NCBI GenBank assembly: GCA_001599295.1
Contig: BCGN01000001.1
Location: forward strand, 620,001 to 684,000
Length of the DNA stretch: 64,000 bases
Source: Sporopachydermia quercuum
Taxonomy: Eukaryota
Direction: 5' to 3'
Shown here: one piece after another, positions 50,801-62,328 of the stretch
Numbering within the stretch: the first letter of the stretch is position 1
Layout: each line of letters starts with the position of its first letter
Position numbers and translations under genes: made by a program
Notes under the pieces: generated by a model
What the model was told of the DNA's origin: nothing
Databases searched by the model: none
The model's input: only the letters and a program-made list of their open reading frames with translations

Positions 50801-51996
50801 ATTGATTACAACACGTCTTCAAAAAATCTATTACGTTCTANTGATTAAGGTACATAATAACCAGTGATAATTATCATGAACATGGGCTTTTTTTTGGCAA
50901 GTCAATTGATTGTGAATATAAAAGTTATTTTTGATTCACAAATAAGAAGCAGTTTGCTTAGTGTTATCAATTGGTTGGCTTCCTTTTTTCACATCCGCCT
51001 TTTCTTCCTATCAATATTTCAACACCTATTGGNAAAGTGCCGGAGTTTGGATGACTCGTTTAAGAATCCAGTTATTTAATCATTCTAATCATTTTGATAT
51101 ATACAGGTACTACGGTATTGCACAGAACATCAATTTATTGTTATGTCTTCGGTATTAACGACTCTATCGTATCAGTGACACCTCTTGCGAAATGTGATCG
51201 TGCATTGGTTCTATCCGCTCTNATGCTCTCATGGTTGCCATGTTTATATGCTCTATACCTACTGTGAACTATTCCTAACTTCACAACAGTTTCATTTAAC
51301 CACATCTTATTGTTGTATAATTATTCTTTCGATGCTACCCATTAGTTATTCCATTCTATTCAACCAACCAATACTTCATCTACTTACCAAGANTATTCCC
51401 ATTGTTTCATTCGTTGACTTGATTGACTTGGAATCATCTTACGTACAAAATACTTTCTCAAAAAGGAAAAATAGGATAACGGTAACTAATTACAACATGT
51501 ACTTTAAACATTGTTCAAAACTATCAGTATACCAGGTTCATATCAAATTTTATATGCGGCATAGTACTTTGGATTGGTTGTTGCCGATAAAGTGTTGATG
51601 GTGTTCAATCTAATATGAGAATCCAAAGTGCGGCTCTCAATAAGGAGAAGTATGAAAGCAAAGGGCCATCAAGTCGAGCTACTTTAGGTGGAAATAATTG
51701 ATATGTTGATGAAGAGGTTTTGAGAGAATCCCTTCAATTTTGAATGCTCTAAGAGTGAGAATTAGTTCCTGAATGAAGCGAAGTGAAGTGAAGTGAAGAT
51801 TTAAGAGATTCAAGAAACATTCTTATCATTTGAAACTGTTTATACATATCTGTTTTCTGAGGGCGACTGATGATTGAGTTTATTGAATTGGGTCAATGTA
51901 CTTATTCCAAAGATCCGAAAGGTGCACAGTTTACAAATTCATATCTCTGTTGAAACCATTCTTTTATTGAATTGATTATCATACCATCAATAGGTA

Positions 51997-52983
51997 ATGA
52001 ATCTACTAGGAGCTTTATCTTCGTTATCTGGTTGGATATACTTCTTTCTATGGGTAAGAAATATTGTGGTTTTAATCAATTACCTAGAACTATTTTGAGT
52101 AATCTAACATTTCTTCAGAGTATATCTTTTTATCCACCAATCCTTGTTAACATCGCTACTTCATCAGTTGAAGGATTATCAGTTGACTTTCTATACTTTA
52201 ACTCAGTTGGCTATCTATTCTACACATTATCAACTGCTCTTTTATATTACTCATCAACAGTGAGAAATGAGTACAAACTCAGATTTACTCCCCCTGGGGG
52301 AAACTCTTTGTTTCCTTTAGTTGAATTGAATGATATTATATTTGCAGTTCATGGTCTTTTTTTTGCTTTGTTAACGCTGTCTCAAGTTTACCTCTGGGGA
52401 TATAAGAAAGCACCTAATCAAAAATTCAGTTTTGCTGGTAAGCTCCTGGTGGGATTGGTAGTGACAGCGGTGATAGTATTAGGGGCCATAGTACTGTTAA
52501 GNGACTTCAAGTCAAAGGTTCAATGGCTTGATGTTGCATTGGTATCTGGCAATATAAAAGTTATCATGAGCACAAGCAAATACGTACCGCAATTAATTTA
52601 TAATTTTCGAAGAAAATCCACTCTTGGGTGGCCTGTCTCAGCCATTTGGATGGATTTTNGTGGAGGAATCTTATCATTGGCACAGCTTATATTTGANGCA
52701 ATCGAAGATGATCAATTAAAGGGAATTTTCATCAATTTTGCAAAGTTTTCATTGGCAATAGTAAGTTGAGATGTTGGAGGTTCGTATTATAGGATTTTTG
52801 ATCTTTTTAATCTGAATGGTGAAAGAAATAGAAGATTGTTCTGATACTAACAATGTGCAACTAATACTGTAGATTACTTTAGGATTTGATGCTTTGTTTT
52901 TCATTCAGCATTATATTTTATATGGTTATGTAGGATGCAAAACAAGTGATATTTCGGAGGAACAAAGGCTGCTGATTCCGTGA
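51997..52983 (+). CDS. ERS1: Cystinosin/Ers1 PQ-loop vacuolar cystine transporter; exons 51997-52053, 52119-52760, 52873-52983 (269 aa)
   Basis: GWIYFFLW|SISFYPP...SVEGLSVDF, KYVPQ...NFRRKSTLGW, FDALFFIQHYILY; C-terminal EEQRLL acidic dileucine motif; introns GTAAGA..CAG and GTAAGT..TAG, both phase 0. Confidence 0.92.
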
Positions 52984-55656
52984 TAACATGTGCGATTCAA
53001 GTATTGATAGGACAGTCAATTTTTCAACAGAGATAACAGAGATAGATAGTTCATGGCTACGTTCATAGAGATGGTAAGAAATGATTGTATGCTACAGAAA
53101 TTCTATGTTCCCCTTCAAAAGCCACGAGAATTCTTCTAAAACATTCGTTGCATTTTATTGATTGATTCTACTGTTTATTCATTATCTGGTCTCCTAGCCT
53201 TTCAATAACCTTCAAAGGAAACATGATACCGTCAATTCATTATCCAGCAATTGAATTTGATTGTGAAGGAATGAACCTTATCGTTATGTGTATAAAGAAA
53301 GCTTATTTTAAGGTATAAAACACTATAACACATGAACTAAACCTTGCTCTAAAATTCANCTGAAGGTTGTGTACTGATTGGACCTAATACGCAGGTTCTC
53401 TTTATCACAACCGTAAGTTAGTTCTGTATTATTTCGAGAGATTGAAAAATAATATANCTCATTTCGAAGGAATTGGCGNTATTGATTGAAAAATAGCGAT
53501 TTGAGTATATGATCCATCAATTGGGCCAAGGTAAGATTTTTCTTAACGTTTGTGGAAACAATTATTATGCGAACATATGAAGTGGAGGCTCATTCGACGC
53601 CATAATTTCATATTGTCAACACTGGCGGAAGATAATACTCAGCTAGAGTATTGTAACAGGNATTGCAAATTGGGAGCACAAATAGTACTTACGTTACCCA
53701 ATATATTGATTAGATTCCTCTCCTTATTGAGTTGAGTTTCGGAATATATGGGTTGGTACATACTTTTTCTAAGACACCAAATAAGGTTTCCTGATGATGG
53801 GTTTCCTACTGGATTGATGATTATTCAACGAAGTTATGATTTAAGTCAATGTAAATCAAATGTCTATCTAACCAAAGACATGTCATGAAAACATAGCAAT
53901 AAATTACTGTTCGAAGGAGGCATATGTTCCTTCATCTATCTGTTTGCTAATATGTACGGAAGTTTGAGTTTGAGTTATTGTACATAATTTCAGTTAATCT
54001 GATTTAAATTTCGGTAAAAACTTATTCTTAAGGGCTCACAGATAAAACTACTTTGGTAAGCCAACGGTATATACGTTAGTCTTAGAACAGGCAATTCTAC
54101 AGTTGATTGAATCAGTTTATAAGAAGTCTTAAATTATTTTTCATGAATTTTCATATGATTGTAAGAGGACTATGACTGACAGAGTTAAACGTTCAGTATT
54201 CTTTCAGAAGCTTTATAAATAAAGTGTTATTGGTTTTAATATAGTTCATATTTCCATCCAGTGAAACAAGAGCAACCGTATTGTACTTTAAATGCATCGA
54301 ACAGGTTTATGCTAAGTACGATGCCACAATAAGAATAATTCTGTCTACTCAATGTACCCATCTGATCAGACAGTCCTCAACTTGTCGAAACAAACAGTCC
54401 TGGAGGTTAATCTACCAACAGTAAACACTCTTACTCTTTTTCAACTGCAAAAGTTCAGAGCAAACTATAACTAATACTCACAGGTATTAATTAACATATT
54501 TAAATCTATACTATACAATTTTTGTTTTCTTTTATTATGTCATGATTAATTCTCAACTCCCCTTCTTTCTGGCCCAATTATGGTGTGTGGGTGTGGTTTC
54601 TATATTTTCGTACCTTACAGATACTTCCGTACATCTGGGGCAACCAACCTTATATAACTCACGAGAAGGCCATTTCTTGCCTCTAACTGCATGATAAAAT
54701 GTAAATCCCGTTATTAAACTTGACATACTAAATTATTTAGCCACATCCTCCAAACTCATTAATCCGTACAGTTTAAACCCTATTTCTGCTTTGACACTAA
54801 ACTAGTTCTCCTAGTTTCTCTCCGTAAAAATGGTCGCGAAACAATCTTACTGCCTGTTTCCTTTCTTTTTTTCTATACTACAATCTCCTCTCTGATAATG
54901 ATGTTAACATATGATTCAATCTCTCACACTAGATAAACCAGAACTGATAAAGATAATTCAAACATCTTTTTTTGGTCAAGATTTTAGTTGTGTGCAGGTG
55001 TTTTTTATCATTTAAGGAATAACGAGAAACAAAGACCAACAACAATAACAACAGCAACAGGGAATCGACCAACCAAAGAACGGACAAAAGAGAACTTGTT
55101 TTCTTTCTCATTTTATGACAAACAAAGCAGAACTTTTTCGATCATCAAAAGTGTTTACCTTTCTATTCAGAGAAGTAACGTAACGTAAGAAACAGCTTCC
55201 CAGTTTTTCTTACTTTCTCCATTTTATTTGAATTTTTCAGAGTTCAACCACAGTAGCAAAANGCACAATATCATTCATCACAAGGAAGCATAGATCTATC
55301 AACAATAGGAACGCAACAAAACGTACACAGAGTTCAATCAATCTCCCATAAAAGTCGATCAATATACAATGATATATTGATGGTAAACGTATTTTTTTTT
55401 TTCAAAAGATAAATAATAGGACAAGCCTAGAAGAAGATATCATCACAATCAAGGATACAGCTTGTGAAGGAAAACCAAATTCTATTGTTATCAGCAAAAA
55501 CAAACAACATNCACAACGATTTCATTTGAATAATAGCACATACCAAGGAACGGAATTTATATTAAGAGCTACATTCATCCTGTTGGAGTACCACTAGTTG
55601 CAACTGTTGTGTAGATTTTGGCAGATTGATCAAGAATAGCAAATAATAACAATACA

Positions 55657-57333
55657 ATGTCTGCGATTCATCCACAAGTTCAGCACCAGACGCAACAACA
55701 GAGCCAAGGCCAACCACGGTCTCAACTACAAGGGCAGGCACCTTTAATTCCACAGTCACAACCACAACAAGCCCCAAGCGAACCCATTCCAAGAGTCTTC
55801 CAAATATTCGACTCGGAGGCCGCTCAAACTTGGTATGCCATAGGATCCTTCGCAGAAACATTAGGAATATACGACACAGCAATTCCTGCTTATGAATCGT
55901 CATTAAGGAGAGATCCTTATAATCCAAAGGCTTTAGAAGCTCTAGGTAGAATATATCAGTCGAGAGATGATTTTGTTAAAGCTATTGAGTTTTTCAAAAC
56001 TGCTTTATCAATCGATCCCAAAAGTGGCGCGGGTTGGGCAGCACTAGGGCACTGTTACTTCTTAATCAACGACCTTGCTAATACCTATACAGCATATCAA
56101 CAAGCATTGTTTTATCCAGGACCTCAAGATGCTAAATTATGGTATGGAATTGGTATTTTATATGAACGATATGGCTCACTGAATTATGCAGAAGAAGCAT
56201 TAGTGAAAGTGTTATCAATTGATCCCAATTTTGAACAAGCAAATGAAGTGTACTATCGACTAGGCTTTATCTACAGAAGCCAATTAAAATTACCACAAGC
56301 TATCGAATGTTTTAAGTACGTTGCTTATAATCCTCCCAAACATGTTTCATCACTGGAAATATGGCTCCAAGTAGCTGATTTATATGAAGCCCAACATGAC
56401 TATTCAGCGGCCAAGAATTTATATGAGGCATTGATCACAGAATTGCCTACAAATTCAGAACTCCTATTGGTTTTAGGATGGTTGTACCATTTACCAGATA
56501 CAGGCTTTCAAAACTTAGAAGTAGCAGTGCAGCATTTGATCAGAGCTATAGAACTTGATTCTTCTCAGTCATATGCTTGGTACGTTTTAGGCCGATGTTA
56601 TATGGAAGCAGAAAACTACTCAGGAGCTTATGAAGCGTATCAACAGGCAGTGTATAGAGATATGAAGAACCCCATCTTCTGGTGTTCCATTGGTGTTCTA
56701 TATTTCCTATTATCAAGATTTCATGAAGCACTCGACGTATATTCAAGAGCTATTAGGATAGACCAATCTATGGCTGAAGTTTGGTTTGATTTAGGTGTAT
56801 TGTACGAAAGCTGTAACAATCAGATAAATGATGTATTAGATGCTTATAGCAGAGCATTGGAACTCGATTTAAGAAACTCTTTGATTGAAGGACGTTTCAA
56901 TGCTTTAAAACAACAACTACAGATACCTGAAGGACAAAGAAGACCTTTNCCGAGACTTAAACCTGTGGATGTTCATCCTAGTGTCTACCGAAACAGATTT
57001 CCCCAGATAGTGTTGAACAAAGCTAACAACGGTGCAACAGGCGCTCAACCCACTAATGGAGACACATCAACAAAAAGAGCTAATGATGGTCCATTGCCAG
57101 CTGAATTGAACCCGCCTGTGAAAGTACAGATTGTTAGCGAAAATGCCAATGGTAACGGTGCTAATGGGAAAGAGGATTTGAACAAACTGCCTCAGGTTCC
57201 ACCTTTCTACGGAGCTAATGTAGGAGAACAACCGAGAGAGCTTAAACCGTTAGTGTATGGAGAAAACGGATTAGTTCATGTTCTAAATGGAGTCCCTGGT
57301 CAAGTACAAGGTCAACCAGTCAGGTATGGTTAA
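55657..57333 (+). CDS. CYC8: Cyc8/Ssn6-like TPR transcriptional corepressor (divergent)
   Basis: Q-rich N-terminus then about 10 TPRs with LWYGIGILYERYGSL, AYEAYQQAVYRD..NPIFWCSIGVLY, EVWFDLGVLYESCNNQINDVLDAY, and DVHP. Confidence 0.85.
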   Translation: MSAIHPQVQHQTQQQSQGQPRSQLQGQAPLIPQSQPQQAPSEPIPRVFQIFDSEAAQTWYAIGSFAETLGIYDTAIPAYESSLRRDPYNPKALEALGRIYQSRDDFVKAIEFFKTALSIDPKSGAGWAALGHCYFLINDLANTYTAYQQALFYPGPQDAKLWYGIGILYERYGSLNYAEEALVKVLSIDPNFEQANEVYYRLGFIYRSQLKLPQAIECFKYVAYNPPKHVSSLEIWLQVADLYEAQHDYSAAKNLYEALITELPTNSELLLVLGWLYHLPDTGFQNLEVAVQHLIRAIELDSSQSYAWYVLGRCYMEAENYSGAYEAYQQAVYRDMKNPIFWCSIGVLYFLLSRFHEALDVYSRAIRIDQSMAEVWFDLGVLYESCNNQINDVLDAYSRALELDLRNSLIEGRFNALKQQLQIPEGQRRPXPRLKPVDVHPSVYRNRFPQIVLNKANNGATGAQPTNGDTSTKRANDGPLPAELNPPVKVQIVSENANGNGANGKEDLNKLPQVPPFYGANVGEQPRELKPLVYGENGLVHVLNGVPGQVQGQPVRYG

Positions 57334-59261
57334 GATCAAGATTAAGGTCAGAGGCTCAATTAAATGATAGTAACAAAAGCATAATGGCTTTCATAATAAA
57401 TGATAACATCACTAAGATCAGATTAATTTCTGTTTAATGAAACAAAGTCCTTAAATTAGCTCAGATTTAGCCACTATGTTATTCATTTTCATTATATTTT
57501 ATGACTGACTTAATGGTTTTCTGCTTTTCTGTTATTTGATTGCTGTCTCTTTCGAGCCTTTTCTTCAATTAACTTGAAAATGTTTGATATCATTTTTCTG
57601 ATGAAATCGTTCAGGTATATGTACGTGTATAACTAGTGTAGCATAATATTGAGTTTCTTTCAACTCATTCCTCTAAGCTATATGGAATTCGTGTAGTATG
57701 TTGTTGACCGTAAAACGTAGTAATTTACTTGTTATCAAAAGCAGTTAATGTATATCCAATCAATCGTGAGACAACTGACAGTTTAGCATGTTCGTCAAGT
57801 GATAGGAATTTGTAAGTCATAGGGGGTATTCTGGAGATATGACTGTTAACCATTAAATCAAACTACTCCGTAATCTGCAACGGTTGGGCAAATCTAATTT
57901 TACCCATAAAACAGAATCTCTGTCTTTTAGTCTATCTAAAACCTAGTTTTCCACTAGAACACCAAGTTCCATGTAATCCTGTACATTGCTCTCACTTTCT
58001 ATCAATCGTTTCTCCCCAGCATATCTCCTTGTATATCCCCCCTCTTGAATTCTTTCTAGAAGTAGCTGCCGAAAACCGATCGCATCAGAACTCTAATTTT
58101 TGTTGTCGGAGCCGAAATATACAATCTAATTGTGGGGTAATCTTTCATTCCCCACACTCACCTCTTCTTTAACCATTAATATCTTACCATGTGCCTATAC
58201 CCCAATGAATAAAAAGTCTTCTGTCTTGTAGTATTCAATTAATTAAATAAGAACAATAATTTATTAGCTTTAAACCAAGAGATTCAACAAATCCCTATAC
58301 CGAATATCGTGTTTGTAATCATTATCTACCCACAATTTTAGTGGGGAACCGGTTCAATTTTCTCTTTGTGACACAAATTTCACATTTGTGGCATATCGGT
58401 TACTCTTCAACTTCTTCATTATAGTCAGAAACGCAACTGCTTCAACAGTTTCTTGTATCGCGTATCACCTCTTGCTATTATTCCATCATTCGCTGCTTGC
58501 TGAAGGAAAGTATTCCCAAATATCATCAATCGTAGTAAACCATTTTCAATTACCCCAAGTTATTCATTACCGAATCAAGAAAACCTAGTCTTCTATTTCA
58601 TGCTTGTTGCTAATCAGTTATCAACCCTATCATTGACATAATTAGTGTACTAGTTCCCAATGCACAGTTGATACCTGAATTAGTGAGTAATCACCCTTTG
58701 TCTGAGTAAGTTATTTTATTCTTTAAGTAGAAAACGCTTGTGGGACGAAATCAGGCAGCGGTATTTTTTCCTTTCCCACTGATAATAACGTTGAACCCTG
58801 GAAAGCTTAATCCGACTCCGATTACCAATATTATCAATAGTGATGATTATTATTCAAGTTCTAACATATTGATTTAAGCAATTACTAATTGTTAGATACA
58901 GTTTCGGTAAAACTTGAGGGCATTTCTTCCCCCTCTGTTGACCCCATTTGAACAGCACTAGATAGGCAGATTAGACAATAAACTTGGAACGGCTGGGAAG
59001 ATTAATTTTCCATTGAGTTTGCCTTTATATATTGGCAGGNGTCTCGATTGTTGTTTATTGCTGTATATATCTATTAGATGTAACTTGTTGTAAGATAAAG
59101 AGCAAAAGAAACTGAGCTTTTTGATCTATCAATTGCAACCTCCTGGCGTTAGAATACTAATAGTAACTTACCTCTTAACCACAACTGTCAGTGATAAACT
59201 ATATCGTCAATAACAAAACAAAGCAACATCCGCAACTGCAGCTACAACTATCTTTTTCACA

Positions 59262-60878
59262 ATGACTATCTACACATCACCATCGCCAGAAATTATTCCT
59301 TACTACGGAAACGCCGCACACTTTGTAAAGGATCATCCTCCACAAGATATTGACTCACCTTTGTTCATTGATGCTAAAACTGGTGATAGTTTATCCTACA
59401 GACAGTTAGACAACATTACAGAAAGACTAGCCTACGTTCTTCACACAAAATATGGTATCACCGACAATGATGTTGTAACTTTCTTCAGCAATACTCATAT
59501 ATACGTGCCAGCTATGCATTTTGCTATTCTTGCTTTAGGAGCAATTGTTAGTCCAGCTAACGTTACTTATACTCCTCAGGAGCTTTTACATCAAGTCAAA
59601 CTGGGTGATGCCAAACTTATCATCGTTCGTCCTTATCTGAAGGCTGTTGCAGAAGAATGCTTGAAACTCGGTGGAGCAGAACTTGACGTTAGAGCTATTG
59701 TCACTACTGATGAATTATTGGAAGATCTTAAATTCCATGAAGGTAGAATAGCTCCAAAACAATTCACAAAGGAGGAATCATTGGACCGATTATCTTACCT
59801 CTGTTTCTCTTCTGGTACATCCGGTAAGCCAAAAGCTGTCATGACAACTCATTTCAACATTACATCTAATACCTTACAAATAATCAGCAGTTTGCCCAGT
59901 TGGAATAAAGATATTGTTACTGGTACAACAATCCCTATCACTCATATTTACGGCCTCACTATGGATATTTACGTAACCGCTTTGATTGGATGTAAGAATG
60001 TGTTTTTCGAGTCATTTAATTTGGAGTTCTTTTTACAAAACATGGTTAAATACAAAATATCTCATGTAACACTTGTTCCGCCTATTATTGTTTTACTGGC
60101 AAAAAATCCAGTTGTGGATCAATACAAAAACGAACTGAACAAAACCTGGAGAGTCATCTTATCAGCAGCAGCACCATTGAGTACAAGCTTGTGCGAACAA
60201 GTTCAAGAAAGAATTCCTAACTTGCAATTAATGCAAGCATATGGATTGACTGAAGCTTCTCCTATTACTCATATCACCGATGTTTCAAACCATAAAGATC
60301 CTGGCTCTATCGGATTACTAGCAGCATCATGTAAAGCTAGATTNGTTGATGAATTTGGTGAAGATGTTGCTGAAGGTGAAAGAGGTGAAGTTTGGATATC
60401 TGGACCAAACATTATGAAAGGATATCTAAACAATCCTGAAGCAACTAACGAAATGCTAACCGATGATCGTTGGTTGAGAACTGGTGATATTGCGATTGTT
60501 TCTAAGGACCATTATTGGTATATTGTTGATCGTAAAAAGGAACTCATTAAGTCCAAGGGTCACCAAGTTGCTCCAGCTGAGCTTGAGGCAACCTTACTTA
60601 CCCATGATGATGTGATTGATTGTGCAGTCACTGGTTTCCATGTACCAGAAGAGGGAACTGAATTGCCTAGGGCCTATCTGGTGTTAAAGCCTAATGCAGA
60701 TCCTTTGGCTATTAAAGAATGGTTTGACAGCAAAGTTTCCAAGCATAAGAAGCTCTGGGGAGGTATTGTTGTATTAGATGCTATACCTAAGAATGGCTCT
60801 GGTAAGATTTTGAGAAGATTCTTGAGAGAGCGAAAAGGTGATGTTGCCTATGGTTATGTCAGTCCAGCTAAACTCTAA
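59262..60878 (+). CDS. Peroxisomal 4-coumarate-CoA-ligase-like acyl-CoA synthetase
   Basis: FSSGTSGKPK, QAYGLTE, WLRTGD, VDRKKELIK.KGHQVAPAELE, IPKNGSGKILRR; ends in PTS1 tripeptide AKL. Confidence 0.92.
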   Translation: MTIYTSPSPEIIPYYGNAAHFVKDHPPQDIDSPLFIDAKTGDSLSYRQLDNITERLAYVLHTKYGITDNDVVTFFSNTHIYVPAMHFAILALGAIVSPANVTYTPQELLHQVKLGDAKLIIVRPYLKAVAEECLKLGGAELDVRAIVTTDELLEDLKFHEGRIAPKQFTKEESLDRLSYLCFSSGTSGKPKAVMTTHFNITSNTLQIISSLPSWNKDIVTGTTIPITHIYGLTMDIYVTALIGCKNVFFESFNLEFFLQNMVKYKISHVTLVPPIIVLLAKNPVVDQYKNELNKTWRVILSAAAPLSTSLCEQVQERIPNLQLMQAYGLTEASPITHITDVSNHKDPGSIGLLAASCKARXVDEFGEDVAEGERGEVWISGPNIMKGYLNNPEATNEMLTDDRWLRTGDIAIVSKDHYWYIVDRKKELIKSKGHQVAPAELEATLLTHDDVIDCAVTGFHVPEEGTELPRAYLVLKPNADPLAIKEWFDSKVSKHKKLWGGIVVLDAIPKNGSGKILRRFLRERKGDVAYGYVSPAKL

Positions 60879-62328
60879 ATTCGTGATATATTACATTGTG
60901 TTTATAGTGTAGGTGTTATTGATAGGTATATTTGATGCTTAATGTGTTTAATGATAAGTTTCATGATACTTTTAAATTGATAGGTTGTAGTTAGGAAAAA
61001 TGCTTGTCAGAGAGCGTAAAGCCATAAGTGGGAAAATGTAGTGTTGAGAGCAGATACTTTTGAATAGAAAGTTTACAAGAAAAAATTCCATAAAATTTAA
61101 TTATTCATTAAAACCGATGTATGTTGAGTTCCGACCCAAACAGATGAGATTAGTATCAGTTGCGAAGGATTGTGGAGCTTCTCAGCAATGCAATGGGATG
61201 AACAAAATTAAGTTAGCGTTTGTTAGTATAGTACAATTTCGTCTTTCGTATTTAACCTAACAGGAAGGTGAAATTGTTGATTAAACAAACTTTATGAACA
61301 TTATGAACTTTATATTGTAATGCTCGTAGAATATAATTTCTATAAGCATTGAAAAAAGAGCATGTTAAAATGATACAAGATCGTAGAAATAAAGGTATAA
61401 CAAACCATTTGTTATAGCTGNNNTTCAGTAAAAATCTGTTATCATTTAACTTGTATTTTATGTGGTTTTTTATTCCAAGATTCCATACTTTGATGTGTCC
61501 AGTTCAGTGAACACCTTCAACGCTGCTTGAGAAAGAATAATTAAACCAGGGGTATCATCTACTGTTCTCCAGTATCTCAGGCAATATATAACCCAAACCA
61601 AANTTTTTTACCATATATTACCTCCCAAATACAAGCTGCGAGTATCATCAAAATCCTTATTTTTGCTGGTTCCCCTTCCATTTGATTCAATATCCCTATT
61701 TCAACTATCAAGCGTCCAATAATAGACCCCCCACCAGTGTACTTATATTCCTAGCTCTTCTCACATTGGGTCTCCTCTTGCTGTGTCTGTATCCTATTGC
61801 GCGTTTCTGGAGTAATCTAAATTTCCTTATTGTATTGTAACTTTCTGATAGATCCTTTATCTGGCGAAGGTTATTTACGAGTCTCGCCCATAATAATAGC
61901 TACGTACTAACACTTTGCTATCAACCTACTACGAAGTTCAATCAGTAAAGCTCCTGTTGGCTTGATAACTTGAATAGTGAAACTGAGATTGTCATAGTCT
62001 GAGGGTTAGCTATTCTTTATCACTTGGAAGAATTAAAATCCTTTATGTGTAATGTCTGCACCATGAATGCGTCTGGGTGAAGCATAGAAATTGGTGTAAG
62101 ACAGTTACAAGACTCGGTANATACTTGTTATTGGTCTCAGACCACAGCAGAAGCGATTGTTCTCGAGAACTAAAGTTGTAGTAATATAATAGTATAAAAC
62201 TAGCTAGCACGCTTTTCAAGTGCTCATGTTAGCGATCTAACTGGTAGTGCCGATTGATACGATCAGTCATTAATTACACTCTAAAGCCATTTGACGGTCT
62301 TTGATAACTACAAGAGCAATCAATCATT

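Noticed and set aside
56161..56200. Alternative CUG decoding (Ser or Ala)
   Set aside because: CTG encodes the conserved Leu in the YGSL motif of the Cyc8-like protein and a hydrophobic position in the 4CL-like ligase (AYLV), consistent with the standard code.
61440..61930. Minus-strand protein-like fragments and an isolated TACTAAC at ~61905
   Set aside because: No consistent donor/acceptor pair or recognisable homology; no gene model could be built.
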